A stretch of DNA of 64,000 bases. It comes from Dehalococcoidia bacterium (lineage in GTDB: Bacteria; Chloroflexota; Dehalococcoidia; Dehalococcoidales; JAUXAP01). Of the stretch, positions 8,805-19,500 are shown in pieces. The notes below the pieces were generated by a model. The model ran no database searches and was not told the DNA's origin. It saw nothing but the letters and a program-made list of their open reading frames with translations. The stretch covers positions 707 through 64,706 of the forward strand of contig JAUXAP010000002.1 of the NCBI GenBank assembly GCA_030619865.1. Reading direction: 5' to 3'. Positions within the stretch are counted from its first letter, which is position 1; each line of letters starts with the position of its first letter. The position numbers and the translations under genes are program-made.

Positions 8805-10174
8805 TGAATGTAGAGAAATTACGAGAGATTGTAGGTAACGATTGGGTTATAACGAAACGAGAGCAGATGGAGCGTTATCTGGTAGATGAAACGGCTCCAG
8901 GGGTCAGGCCTAAACCGGCGGATAATGTTGTTGTCGTGAAGCCAGCCAATACCTCGGAAATAGCCAGGATTCTAAAGCTGGCCAACATTGATAAAACCCC
9001 TGTTTTCGTTAGAGGTGGGGGTACAGGACTATGTGGAGGGGCTGTGCCTACTCTGGACGGTATAGTACTCTCTATGGAAAGGCTGGATAAGATTGAGGAG
9101 GTGGATAAAGATAATTTAATGATAGTGGCTGAAGCTGGTGTCACCCTTGAGTCAATGTTGAAGGCGGTGGAAGAGGCTGGTCTGTTTTTCCCGCCACACC
9201 CTGGAGATGAGGGGGCTCAGGTGGGAGGTCTGGTCGCCTGTAATGCTGGTGGCACCAGGGCCGTAAAATATGGAGTCATCAGAAATTATGTGAAGGGCCT
9301 TGAAGCAGTACTGCCTACTGGTGAGATAATCAATTTGGGCGGCAAGCTGTTGAAGAATAACCAGGGTCTTGACTTAATGCATTTGTTGATACACAGCGAG
9401 GGCATTTTGGGGGTGATAACCAAGGTAATTCTGCGTTTGTACCCCAGGGTTGCCAGTAGCGGTACTCTGGTCATATCGTATGATAACCGTCATGATGCCA
9501 TTGATAGTGTGCCCAAAATACTGCAGAGCGGGGTAATACCATTAGCCATAGAATATGTGGAGCGTGATGAGATTGAAACATCAGCCAGATATCTAAACAT
9601 GAAGTGGCCAGCTACGAAAGGAAAAGCGTATTTGATGGTGATACTCACCGGAGCCAATGATGATGAGGTATATTCCCAGGGAGAGCAAGTATCGGATATT
9701 TGTGAGCAGTGTAATGCCGTCGATATTCTGATAGCGGAGACGGGGGAAGAGCAGTCCAGGATTCTAAAGATGAGAAGCGAGTTATATTCGTCAATGAAGG
9801 AGCAATATGCAGATATTCTGGATGTGACCGTACCTCCAGCCAGTGTAGGAGTTTTTATGGATAGGGTGGACGAAATCGCAAAACGGTTTAATACTAACAT
9901 TCCTAACTATGGGCATGCCGCAGACGGTAATTTGCACTCTCATCTACTGGCTGACTTACAGGATAAGGGAATAGTAAGGCAGGTAAAAAGGGAAATATAT
10001 CAGGAAGCGCTTAAACTGGGTGGAGTTATAACCGGAGAACATGGGATAGGGGTAATCAGAATTCCTGACCTTGACCTATGTCCAGACGGAAAGATGTGGG
10101 AGTTGATGAGAGGGATTAAGCGTCTGTTCGACCCTAACAATATATTAAACCCGGGGGTTGGCTTATTAGGTTAA
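8801..10174 (+). CDS. FAD-linked 2-hydroxyacid dehydrogenase (LctD/GlcD family)
   Basis: RGGGTGLCGG, NAGGTRAVKYG, GHAADGNLH, GEHGIG, DPNNILNPG; overlaps etfA stop. Confidence 0.88.
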   Translation: MMNVEKLREIVGNDWVITKREQMERYLVDETAPGVRPKPADNVVVVKPANTSEIARILKLANIDKTPVFVRGGGTGLCGGAVPTLDGIVLSMERLDKIEEVDKDNLMIVAEAGVTLESMLKAVEEAGLFFPPHPGDEGAQVGGLVACNAGGTRAVKYGVIRNYVKGLEAVLPTGEIINLGGKLLKNNQGLDLMHLLIHSEGILGVITKVILRLYPRVASSGTLVISYDNRHDAIDSVPKILQSGVIPLAIEYVERDEIETSARYLNMKWPATKGKAYLMVILTGANDDEVYSQGEQVSDICEQCNAVDILIAETGEEQSRILKMRSELYSSMKEQYADILDVTVPPASVGVFMDRVDEIAKRFNTNIPNYGHAADGNLHSHLLADLQDKGIVRQVKREIYQEALKLGGVITGEHGIGVIRIPDLDLCPDGKMWELMRGIKRLFDPNNILNPGVGLLG

Positions 10175-10181
10175 CCTTGGG

Positions 10182-11957
10182 CTATGTCTTGGCCTTTAGC
10201 CAGTCCATAAAGTCTTGTTTCAACTGGGGGTAGAGTATTTCCCCCTTAAAACTCAACGGAATCTGGGCAAATCGAATGTGGTCGGGCCGAGCCCCTTTTG
10301 AGACCTTCCTTGATGCTGTTTCTATGAAATTAGCTTTCAACTGTGGTTCAATATTGGCCACTTCTCTGCTGAGTTCAATGGTTACACAACAGCTATCTTC
10401 ATGCTCACTTTCTATTCGTAGACCAACTACAGCTAACTTGAATTGCTCAGGTTTTAATTTAAAGTCTTCAACCAAAATCCTGGATAACTCGGCTGCAATC
10501 TGGTCATAAGCATAATTGGCACCACCACGGATGAGAAGTGCCGAATCCCTGGTCATCCAGTAGTAATCTAACTCTCCGTCCTTTTTATTTCTCAAAGTAA
10601 AGGCTATGTCTCTAAGGCCGGTGTACCACCCTTCTTGGAATACAGATTTTGTGGCTTCAGCATCACCTACATAATAGCTCATAATATTGGCACCCTGGGT
10701 GATAAGGTAACCAGGTTCACCAATCTCACAAGGACAAAAATAATCGTTGCTCTCTGGAGCAATAGCCTTAACCACCCTGACTCGGGTAAATGGAAAGTGT
10801 TCTCTGCCAATGTAGTAGCCAATCGTTTCTTCTCCTTTGTAGTGGTGCGACCAGCCTGCCTCGAATACCTCCATAAGTTCGTTTGGTGGCATTGTTGTTG
10901 GAGTAGCCATTACTTGGAGACAAGTTTCAGTTGAGCCAAAACGAACGTGAGGCAAGCGATTACTAAACTTAAGTATGCGCTTGACTGTGGTTGGGCCGAC
11001 AGGTGCCGAACCTATTAGGATATCAGTTTGGCTCAGTGCTTCCTTAATCTTGGCCTCTGAAATCGGTAGGTTTGATTGAGTAGAGAGAGACTCCAAGAAA
11101 TCAATATGGCGGGAAACTAAGGAGGTGATAAGTAACCCACGCTTCTTACTGGCAATCTCTACCAGTATCTTCCAGTAAGCTGTTGACTAACGTTGTATCA
11201 GGTGGATTATGGTTCCACTACGCCGCAGTCCCCAATCGGATAAGGCTGAAGAATTGGTGTGATGCAAGGGATTGACCAACAGCAGGTCCAGTTGCGTGTT
11301 TTTTGACACACCAAAATATTGTTCAAAGGTAAGTCTATTAGCCAAGTAACTTTGGTGTGATAAGCTAGCTCCCTTGGGTTTGCCGGTGGTGCCGGAGGTA
11401 AAAATAACCATTTTTTCATCGTCATAACTGAGTTCTGGGGAAATCAAATGGCTAGTGGCTTGATACCCTTCAACCTTTCTAGCTTCAAGAAGTTGAATTG
11501 TCGGCAAACTGGGTTTTATTTTCTCCACCCTGCTGGCAAAGCCGTCATCATAGACCATTAGTTTTGCCTTTGTTAGCTTTGCCTTATAAATGATGTGTTC
11601 ATTATCATCTGCCTGCCAGTTAACGGTAACCGGAACGCATCCCACCAGCACTGCGGCAAGCCTGAATATTAAGTCATACAGACTGTTAGCAGAGAAACCA
11701 TGAATTATTCGGTCACCTTTTGATAGCCCATGCTCACTAAGGTATGCCGCCGTTGAGCAAGCCAGCTCCCAAAACTCTCCTCTGGTTAGGGTGCGCTTCT
11801 GTATATCCCCATCGTAGAAAGTATAGTAATTCAGAAAAAGATGTTCTCGTTCGGTAAAGGCAGCACGATACTCATCTATGGGTGAGGAAAAATCAGTTAG
11901 CGAGGTAACAGATTCACCGGTACTGAGGTCATATAAATTGGTACCACGTTCAGTCAC
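10182..11957 (-). pseudogene. AMP-binding acyl-CoA ligase interrupted by one in-frame TAG (11187-11189)
   Basis: ORFs 11187..11957 and 10182..11096 share a frame, and the joining 90 nt are open (IQR*STAYWKILVE...); FTSGTTGKPKG, FGSTET, RGGAN motifs. Confidence 0.7.
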
Positions 11958-12796
11958 ATGTTTTGCTCTTCGGTAATCTTGTCATATAATTCCGGTCGCC
12001 GGTCATGTATATAGTCTATTTCGAACTCACCGGGCTTGAAAACGATGTGCTTTTGTCTTGCATCTGCCAGGTTGACCTCACCATAGATGATTTGTTCATT
12101 GTCACTGTCGGCCTGGGCAAGTGTATCCCCCAAGGCACTGATAATCTTACTCTGGCCTATGAACTTGACGCCACGCTCCCTACCAACGCGATTCACAGCC
12201 ACAAAATGTACCTTATTTTCATAGGCGCGGGAGTTGATTATATACCTGGCAACGTATCCCCTACCTTCTGGCCAATTGGTAGGAAGAACGAGGATATCTG
12301 CCCCTTGTAGCGTCATAACCCGAGCACTCTCAGGAAAGTTGCAATCATAACAGATGTGCATACCGATATTGCCTATTGGGGTCTGGTACACCTGGAAAGG
12401 CTTATCACCGTGGTCAACAAAGCGGTCGATACCCAAGAACGGTAGGTGGTTCTTTCTGTATTTGCCAACTAATCCTTGTGGTCCTATCAAAACTGCGGCA
12501 TTAAAGCACTTGTCGGCATCTATTTCTAGAAGACCAACGATGACATGGACACCAAGCTCCTGGCAACAAGCTGCCAGTTTGTCGGTACTGGGACCGGGAA
12601 TGGTCTCCATGACTGGCATAGCCTCTTCTCGGCTAGCAAATACATAACCCGTCAAGGCACACTCAGGGAAGACTATCAGGTCAGCACTTTTGTCAGCGGC
12701 GACCTTTATTTCAGACAGTATCCTGTCAAGGTTTCCGCTATTCTCCGTTATCTTGGGGTCCATCTGAACGGCTGCGATCTTTACTTTGTCACTCAT
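11954..12796 (-). CDS. carbon-nitrogen hydrolase (nitrilase superfamily)
   Basis: E-K-C triad: FPEC, YRKNHLP, ICYD; ends DRRPELY. Confidence 0.92.
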   Translation of the reverse strand: MSDKVKIAAVQMDPKITENSGNLDRILSEIKVAADKSADLIVFPECALTGYVFASREEAMPVMETIPGPSTDKLAACCQELGVHVIVGLLEIDADKCFNAAVLIGPQGLVGKYRKNHLPFLGIDRFVDHGDKPFQVYQTPIGNIGMHICYDCNFPESARVMTLQGADILVLPTNWPEGRGYVARYIINSRAYENKVHFVAVNRVGRERGVKFIGQSKIISALGDTLAQADSDNEQIIYGEVNLADARQKHIVFKPGEFEIDYIHDRRPELYDKITEEQNM

Positions 12797-12868
12797 GGTT
12801 TCACCTCGACTTTGCTATTTTCCAATGTTTATTCTAACGTATTTGACTAGGCGATGGGAACGGCAGCG

Positions 12869-13435
12869 TCATAGACCTATCCGGTCAGCGACCTCACGCA
12901 TACCCATAATGACGTCGGTAACCAGCTCTCTTAACTCTATACCTAACATCGCTGCCCCTTTTTCAATCACCGGGCGGTTGACACCAGCAGCAAATGACTT
13001 ATCTTTCCATTTCTTCATCACCGACTTTGCCTCCAAGTCTGCCACGCTCTTTGATGGGCGGATTATGGCTACCGCCGTGATAAGACCGGCGAGTTCATCA
13101 ACGGCATATAGTGTCTTTTCCATCTCCGTCTCAGGCTCAACATCATTACATATACCCCAGCCGTGGGAGATAATGGCTCGTATGTATTCCTCCGGCCAAC
13201 CCCTCTCCTGTAATATCTCTCGTGATTTCTGGCAATGCTGCTCTGGAAAACGTTCGTAGTCTAGGTCGTGCGTTAGTCCAATAATCCCCCATTTCTCCTC
13301 ATCTTCGCCTTTCTTGCGTGCCATATAGCGCATCACTCCCTCAACGGAATAAGCGTGTTTCAACAGGCTCTCGCTCTGGTTAAATTCCTTAAAAAGTGCC
13401 AGCGCTTCATCATATGTCGGTGTGTGTTCTTGCAT
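12869..13435 (-). CDS. HD/HDIG-domain hydrolase
   Basis: LLKHAYSVE, HDLDYE, KDKSFAAGVNR. Confidence 0.85.
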   Translation of the reverse strand: MQEHTPTYDEALALFKEFNQSESLLKHAYSVEGVMRYMARKKGEDEEKWGIIGLTHDLDYERFPEQHCQKSREILQERGWPEEYIRAIISHGWGICNDVEPETEMEKTLYAVDELAGLITAVAIIRPSKSVADLEAKSVMKKWKDKSFAAGVNRPVIEKGAAMLGIELRELVTDVIMGMREVADRIGL

Positions 13436-13610
13436 TTGTCGCCCCCTTGTGAGATATGGTTATCTTTTTCCTGTGAGATTGTAAACTTTGGGACTCCGAA
13501 TGTCAAAGAGATAACAATCTAAAATGCGCTCCCGATACGGGAATCTCTAAGTTGATAGCCATCTCAATAGGTGCTATTATTGGTCAAGCCGAGATAGAAA
13601 TTCCCGTGTT

Positions 13611-14900
13611 TTGATGATTTATTTCACTTCGATTAAGCGGTCGCTGGGTAATGTTTTCTACGGGTGGTGGATAGTGGCTGCTTCCTTCTTTATGTTTCTC
13701 ATCTGTGGTGGCATGGTTGCCTATGGTTTTACCACTTTCTTTAATCCAATAGCCGACCATTTTGGTTGGAGCGCAGCCCAGATTTCCCTTGCTTTTTCCT
13801 TACGTAGTCTTGAGTTCGGTATCATGGCACCCTTGATTGGCTTCCTCATTGATAAAGTTGGGGTAAGGAAGATTATCATCTTTGGAGTAGTGGTATCTGG
13901 TCTGGGCCTTCTGCTAATGAGCCGCACTAACTCCCTATCATTTTTCTACGCTACTTTCATATTGTTGTCTATTGGGACAAGCTGTGCTCTAGGTATTGCC
14001 CACTATGTGGCGGTGGCTAATTGGTTCTCAAGAAAACGTACCTGGGTAATGGGTATCCTGTCAACTGGCTTTGGGTTCTCCGGCATTGCCGGTCCGGTGC
14101 TTGTCTGGCTCATTGCGCAGTATGGATGGCGAGATACACTGGTTATCATGGCGGTGGTGATGTGGGTGGTGGGCATTCCACTGGGTTTAGTGATTCGACA
14201 TCGCCCCGAGCCTTATGGGTATCTGCCTGATGGCGAAAGTCGAGGCGTGCCTTCTCAAGACAAGGCTGCCCTAGGTAAGCATCCTGCCACTGAGATGGCA
14301 CCTGCGGAATCGGTACCACCAGCCAGCCTGAGTGTGCGTCAGGCGATAAGGACTCGTACCTTCTGGATGCTCGTCCTCTTTGGCAGTCTTACCGGTCTTG
14401 CCTTTAGTGGCATTAATGTGCACGAGATGCCCTATCTTACCAGTGTAGGTATATCTAGAGAGACAGCGGGCTGGGCTATTCTGGGCTTAACCGGTTTCAG
14501 TCTCATTGGCAGGCTCGGCTTCGGCTGGATAGGAGACAAGTATGACAAGAGATACTTGTTGGCGATAGGAGCTGTCCTGCAGTTTCTCGGGGTGCTCATC
14601 TTTGCCTGGATAAGCTACCCTTGGATGCTTATCCCCTTCCTGCTTTTATATGGGACTGGCTTTGGCTCTCTGAGACCGCTATATCCGGCTATACGGGCAG
14701 ACTACTTCGGATTGAAGCACTACGCTACCATCTCAGGCCTTCAACAGTTGGGTTGGACCCTTTGTGCCATCATCGCTCCCGTCCTTGCCGGTTGGGTTTT
14801 CGATGTTTGGGGGACCTATCGACCAATTTGGATAGCCTTCGCTATTACCATTGTCGTTGCTATTCCTTTTGTCTTTCTGATAAAACCCCTAAGGCAATAA
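13611..14900 (+). CDS. MFS transporter
   Basis: FYGWWIV, GFLIDKVGVRK motif A, about 12 hydrophobic segments. Confidence 0.9.
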   Translation: MMIYFTSIKRSLGNVFYGWWIVAASFFMFLICGGMVAYGFTTFFNPIADHFGWSAAQISLAFSLRSLEFGIMAPLIGFLIDKVGVRKIIIFGVVVSGLGLLLMSRTNSLSFFYATFILLSIGTSCALGIAHYVAVANWFSRKRTWVMGILSTGFGFSGIAGPVLVWLIAQYGWRDTLVIMAVVMWVVGIPLGLVIRHRPEPYGYLPDGESRGVPSQDKAALGKHPATEMAPAESVPPASLSVRQAIRTRTFWMLVLFGSLTGLAFSGINVHEMPYLTSVGISRETAGWAILGLTGFSLIGRLGFGWIGDKYDKRYLLAIGAVLQFLGVLIFAWISYPWMLIPFLLLYGTGFGSLRPLYPAIRADYFGLKHYATISGLQQLGWTLCAIIAPVLAGWVFDVWGTYRPIWIAFAITIVVAIPFVFLIKPLRQ

Positions 14901-14928
14901 GCTATCGTAGTAATGTGGTTCTCATCCA

Positions 14929-15507
14929 CTATTTTTTCTCTTCGATTTCTCGGCCAATGCTGAATGCTTTGCCCAGAACTTCCCCAAAAGCTTGATAATG
15001 AGGAATTGGACTTCTAGTGAAGATTAAGGGTTTAATTTTATTAACGTCTGGTTTCCCATCAGTGAGACAATTCTCTGAGACATGGGTTTCTTTAATTTCG
15101 CCGATAACAAGTGCGTGGCTACCCAAATCCAAGATGTGCACAACCTTACATTCTAGGTTGACCGGACATTGCTCAATAAGCGGGGCGCTATTCAATTTAC
15201 CGTAAAACACCTTGAACCGGCAAACCTCTGCTTTATTAACTTTGGAGCCAGATATAATACCGCAGTAATCCGTTTCCTTTATCAAATCACGGGAAGGTAT
15301 GTTAACGGAAAAGGTCCAGTTTTGCTTGATGCCTAGGTAGGTGTGCCGATTGTGCCGCAGAGACATGGAAATTATAGGTGGGTCACCATTGGCAGCACCA
15401 GCCCAGGCAAGTGCCATAAAATTCGGTTTGTCATTGACATTGGCTCCGATTAAAAGCGTGGGCATAGGGTAAATCGAGAGTTCAGGTCCTATAGTAACTT
15501 TACTCAT
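14929..15507 (-). CDS. flavin reductase/flavoredoxin family protein
   Basis: YPMPTLLIGA, FSVNIPS, APLIEQCPVNLEC, GSHALVIGEI. Confidence 0.88.
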   Translation of the reverse strand: MSKVTIGPELSIYPMPTLLIGANVNDKPNFMALAWAGAANGDPPIISMSLRHNRHTYLGIKQNWTFSVNIPSRDLIKETDYCGIISGSKVNKAEVCRFKVFYGKLNSAPLIEQCPVNLECKVVHILDLGSHALVIGEIKETHVSENCLTDGKPDVNKIKPLIFTRSPIPHYQAFGEVLGKAFSIGREIEEKK

Positions 15508-15523
15508 ATGTTTCCTCCTTTAA

Positions 15524-16105
15524 TTATTCTCGGTTTTCCTCCGTCAGTTTCTGGCCGGCAAGGTAGGCTTGGCGCAAGGCATCAGGATGTTTGGCTATAG
15601 CCCCCTTCTCATCCACTCCGGAGAATAGTAGCTCTCCAGCATAGGCAATATCTAGGATTCTAAAGAGGGTCTTTACTGTAACCAGCGCCGGCTCAAATAG
15701 ATTGGTTATCTTTCTGCCACCAACAGAGATAAATAGTCCCTTTCGCTCTCGTTTGTTGCCCAGTGGTGGCATGTTCAGTACGTACTTTTTCGCCCATAGC
15801 GCCTGGCAGCGGTCAATCATCGCCTTCATCTGAGCGGTTACTCCCATAAACTGAATGGGAGAGGCAAGGACTATCCGGTCTGCCTCCTCCAGTTCCCGGT
15901 ACACCATCTGCATATCATCTTCTATCTTACATTTACCCGCCTCAAGGCAGGCATCACAGTGCTGGCAGGGAGTTATCTTAAGGTCGTTAAGGATGATAGT
16001 TTTAACCTCCGCCCCTCGGCTGACGGCACCTTTCATGACCTCGGCCAGCAGCAGGTTAGTATTGCCACCCCGCCGTGGGCTACCAGCAATACCGAGAACC
16101 TTCAA
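15524..16105 (-). CDS. iron-sulfur flavoprotein / flavodoxin-like protein
   Basis: GSPRRGGNT, CQHCDAC...C, ASPIQF. Confidence 0.88.
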   Translation of the reverse strand: MKVLGIAGSPRRGGNTNLLLAEVMKGAVSRGAEVKTIILNDLKITPCQHCDACLEAGKCKIEDDMQMVYRELEEADRIVLASPIQFMGVTAQMKAMIDRCQALWAKKYVLNMPPLGNKRERKGLFISVGGRKITNLFEPALVTVKTLFRILDIAYAGELLFSGVDEKGAIAKHPDALRQAYLAGQKLTEENRE

Positions 16106-16575
16106 TTCTTTCCCTTTCCGATATGACCCAAGATTTCCTTCTCTCTGGCTCTCATTTCCCGTTCCAGCTCGGGCTTATCATGCTCATATCCAAGGAGATG
16201 AAGCACACCATGAATAGTGAGAATAGTTATCTCCCTTTCTATAGAATGCTGGCGCTCTTCGGCCTGGGTAACTGCTTGAGGGTAGGAAATAATCACTTCA
16301 CCGAGGTGTGATACCCCGTCAGGAGGGGTGACAAAGGGGGGAGAATCTGTCCCTATTTCTTCTATGGTTGAAAAGGCTAATACGTCGGTGGGCTCATCTT
16401 TTCCCCGGTAGCTTTGGTTTAGCTGCTGCACCCTTTCCTGGCTGGTAATAACCAGACCCATCTCCACGTTAGAACCGACATCCTGGGCAACCAGGACTTG
16501 CTCAGCTATACTCCGTAGCCAGTCTACCTCAAGGCATCGCTCGAAGTTTTCATCAATTAAAACATTAATCTCCAT
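16102..16575 (-). CDS. ybeY: rRNA maturation endoribonuclease YbeY
   Basis: LNQSYRGKDEPTDVLAF, HGVLHLLGYEH; start set at MEINV. Confidence 0.95.
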   Translation of the reverse strand: MEINVLIDENFERCLEVDWLRSIAEQVLVAQDVGSNVEMGLVITSQERVQQLNQSYRGKDEPTDVLAFSTIEEIGTDSPPFVTPPDGVSHLGEVIISYPQAVTQAEERQHSIEREITILTIHGVLHLLGYEHDKPELEREMRAREKEILGHIGKGKN

Positions 16576-16701
16576 ATTCGCTAGGTGCCAATCATCATAG
16601 CACAACCTGAGGAAAGCCCTCAACTAAGTTTGAGCAAAATAAAGGGTTGTGATATAGTAATTACATACAAAAGTAAAGCATTATCACTTCCACAAGCTAG
16701 A

Positions 16702-16790
16702 GGAGGGATCGCATAGTGGACTAGTGCGGGCGCCTGCTAAGCGCTTACCTTGAGAGATCGGGGTCATGGGTTCGAATCCCATTCCCTCCG
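16702..16790 (+). tRNA. tRNA-Ser (GCT)
   Basis: GGAGGGA/TCCCTCC acceptor stem, anticodon loop CTGCTAA, long variable arm, TTCGAAT, G73. Confidence 0.93.
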
Positions 16791-16845
16791 CCGTATCAAG
16801 TTAATGTACCCCTTAAAGGGGGTCTATTTAATAGGAGCAAAAAGT

Positions 16846-18105
16846 ATGGCTCAATATCATATCTGGACGATAGGTTGCCAGATGAACAAGGCTGAATCAG
16901 AGCGGCTCGGCAGTTACTTTGAGCAACTGGGCTACCAGGCAACAGCTACCACTGAGGAAGCTGATGTTATTGTACTTAATAGCTGCGTGGTGCGCCAGAG
17001 TGCCGAGAACCGCGTTATCAACAAGCTCCACAGCCTCAAGTCACTGAAAAGGTCACGCCCGGGTGTAACTATTGCTGTTACCGGATGCTTGGTAAACTCC
17101 GAAGTTAATCAACTCAGGAAAAACTTCCCCCATGTTGACTACTTCTTTAAAGCTGGAGACTACCCGCAGTGGTTAGGAAAAGCTGAACCAGGGCAAATAT
17201 TACCCCAGCGCCCCTCACCCAGCACCTTTGTTCCTATCATTCAGGGCTGCGACAATTTCTGCTCCTATTGTATTGTTCCCTACCGTCGTGGCCGGGAAAG
17301 AAGCCGCCCAGTGGAAGAAATAGTATGTGAGGTTAAGGAGCTGGTGCACCGTGGTGCCAAAGAGGTGACTCTGCTGGGACAAAATGTAGATTCATACGGG
17401 CATGACCTGCCTGACAAACCAGACCTGCCTGACTTGCTCTGGGAACTAAATACTATAGATGGATTAGCCCGCCTACGCTTTCTGACCAACCACCCTAAGG
17501 ACATGAGCCCTAAGCTCATTGAGGCAATGTCCTGTCTGGATAAGGTCTGTGAGCAGATAAGCCTCCCTGTCCAGTCAGGCGATAATGATATCCTGAAAGC
17601 GATGAGGCGGGATTATACCGTAGAGCAATACCGTCAACTTGTCGCCGAGATACGTAGTAAAATAGCCGGGGTTGCCCTAAGCACTGATGTCATCGTCGGC
17701 TTTCCTTCGGAAAGTGAACAACAGTTCCAGCAAACAGTTAATTTGCTATCTGAGCTAAGGTTTGATACAGTGCATATAGCTGTCTATTCACCGAGGCCTG
17801 AAGCTATTGCTGCCAAGAAATTCGAAGATAATGTCCCACCGGCTGAGAAGCAGAGGCGTCTAAATAAGGTTGAGCAACTCCAAGAGAGAATCGCCACTGA
17901 AATCAATGCTCAGCTATCAGGCAAGACTGTTGAAGTTCTAGTAGAAGGCAGGAAAAAGGGAAAGTGGCAGGGTAGAACCAGAACTGGTAAACTTGTATTC
18001 TTCAGTGACAGCAGGGATTATCTGGGGCAACTGGTGAAAATCAGGATTGAAAAAACAAGTCCCTGGTCACTCCAGGGTAAAGTTGAGGCTAATAATATCA
18101 GGTAA
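16846..18105 (+). CDS. miaB: tRNA methylthiotransferase MiaB
   Basis: GCQMNKAESE, CDNFCSYC, LLGQNV, TRAM domain; start moved to the ATG after AGGAG, clear of the tRNA. Confidence 0.92.
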   Translation: MAQYHIWTIGCQMNKAESERLGSYFEQLGYQATATTEEADVIVLNSCVVRQSAENRVINKLHSLKSLKRSRPGVTIAVTGCLVNSEVNQLRKNFPHVDYFFKAGDYPQWLGKAEPGQILPQRPSPSTFVPIIQGCDNFCSYCIVPYRRGRERSRPVEEIVCEVKELVHRGAKEVTLLGQNVDSYGHDLPDKPDLPDLLWELNTIDGLARLRFLTNHPKDMSPKLIEAMSCLDKVCEQISLPVQSGDNDILKAMRRDYTVEQYRQLVAEIRSKIAGVALSTDVIVGFPSESEQQFQQTVNLLSELRFDTVHIAVYSPRPEAIAAKKFEDNVPPAEKQRRLNKVEQLQERIATEINAQLSGKTVEVLVEGRKKGKWQGRTRTGKLVFFSDSRDYLGQLVKIRIEKTSPWSLQGKVEANNIR

Positions 18106-18119
18106 AATAAGGGGGAGAA

Positions 18120-18509
18120 ATGGGAAAGAATAAAATATTAATTTTGACGTTAGTAGTGGGGTTGCTTATCAGCTCAGTATTTATTGGCGGCTGCCTGCCT
18201 CTAGCAGAAGGGGAAGGTGAAGCGGGATTCGACTGGCAGTGGATTGTTTTTCTGGTGCTTATTGTCGGGGTGTTCTACTTTATCATGATTAGGCCGCAAC
18301 AAAAACGACAGAAGGAGCATCGACAACTGATGGAAGAGCTGAAGAGAGGGGATAAGGTAATTACTGCTGGCGGAATCTACGGGCAAATTGAAACTGTCAG
18401 TGATGAGGATGTAGTCATAAAAGTAGAATCGGGGACGACGATAAGGGTAGCCAGAAACAGTGTAAGCGTCAAACAGTCTGAAGAGACAAGGATAGGCAAA
18501 ATAAGCTAG
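18120..18509 (+). CDS. yajC: preprotein translocase YajC
   Basis: FYFIMIRPQQKRQKEH, GDKVITAGGIYG. Confidence 0.93.
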   Translation: MGKNKILILTLVVGLLISSVFIGGCLPLAEGEGEAGFDWQWIVFLVLIVGVFYFIMIRPQQKRQKEHRQLMEELKRGDKVITAGGIYGQIETVSDEDVVIKVESGTTIRVARNSVSVKQSEETRIGKIS

Positions 18510-18562
18510 TGTAAAAAATCAGTAGCTAGAGTACTTTTGTTGATATCTATGGTGGAGCATAA

Positions 18563-19474
18563 ATGACTACCGTTAAACAAATCGAAGAACGGATAGCAGA
18601 ACTGAAAGAGGGGCTTAAGGCGGTTATCCTAGCCCATAATTACCAGCGCCCCGAGGTTCAGGATATAGCTGACTTTGTCGGCGATTCCTTGGAGTTAGCC
18701 CGTCGGTCTGCTGAAGTAGATGCCGAGACAATCGTCTTCTGTGGTGTAGATTTTATGGCTGAAACCGCCGCTATTTTAAACCCTGGCCGTACTGTTCTGC
18801 TCTCAGAAGGTAATGCTTGTTGTCCAATGGCAGAGATGATTGATGGTGATGAACTAAGAAAATGGAAGCACAAGTATCCTCAGGCAGCAGTTGTTTGCTA
18901 TGTTAATTCATCAGCCGAAGTCAAGGCGGAAAGTGATATATGCTGCACCTCAGCTAATGGGGTCAAGGTAGTAGAATCGGTGTCCGGTAACGATATAATC
19001 TTTGTGCCTGACCAGAACCTGGGGCACTACATTTCAACACAAACTAAAAAGAATATTATCCTCTATCCTGGCTTCTGTATTGTCCACCATCGGATTAAAC
19101 CAGAACAAGTTAAACGAGCCAAAGAGCTACATCCGAAGGCCCAGCTAGTGGTTCATCCTGAGTGCCGCCCTGAAGTGATTGACTTGGCTGATGCCGTCTG
19201 CAGCACCTCTCAGATGCTTCGCTACGTCAAGGAAAGCCCACATAATAGCTTCATTATCGGCACCGAAGATGGGCTCCTTTACCGCATGCGTCAGGAGAAC
19301 CCAGATAAGTCCTTCTACCTGATTTCAGATGACCAAATCTGCCAAAATATGAAGCGGACGACTCTGGAAGTAGTGGTTCGAACCATGGAGTTTAAGGAAA
19401 ATGTTATCACCATTCCAGAAGAGATAAGGTTAAAGGCAAAACAGGCGGTCGACCGCATGCTGGCTGTTAGTTAG
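18563..19474 (+). CDS. nadA: quinolinate synthase
   Basis: LAHNYQ, FCGVDFMAETA, CPMA, HPEC, CQNMK. Confidence 0.97.
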   Translation: MTTVKQIEERIAELKEGLKAVILAHNYQRPEVQDIADFVGDSLELARRSAEVDAETIVFCGVDFMAETAAILNPGRTVLLSEGNACCPMAEMIDGDELRKWKHKYPQAAVVCYVNSSAEVKAESDICCTSANGVKVVESVSGNDIIFVPDQNLGHYISTQTKKNIILYPGFCIVHHRIKPEQVKRAKELHPKAQLVVHPECRPEVIDLADAVCSTSQMLRYVKESPHNSFIIGTEDGLLYRMRQENPDKSFYLISDDQICQNMKRTTLEVVVRTMEFKENVITIPEEIRLKAKQAVDRMLAVS

Positions 19475-19500
19475 AGGGCTGAAGCTACCGAGGTAGTCTG

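Noticed and set aside
16750-16845. N-terminal extension of miaB in the ORF track
   Set aside because: Overlaps tRNA-Ser; the ATG at 16846 has an RBS and matches the family start
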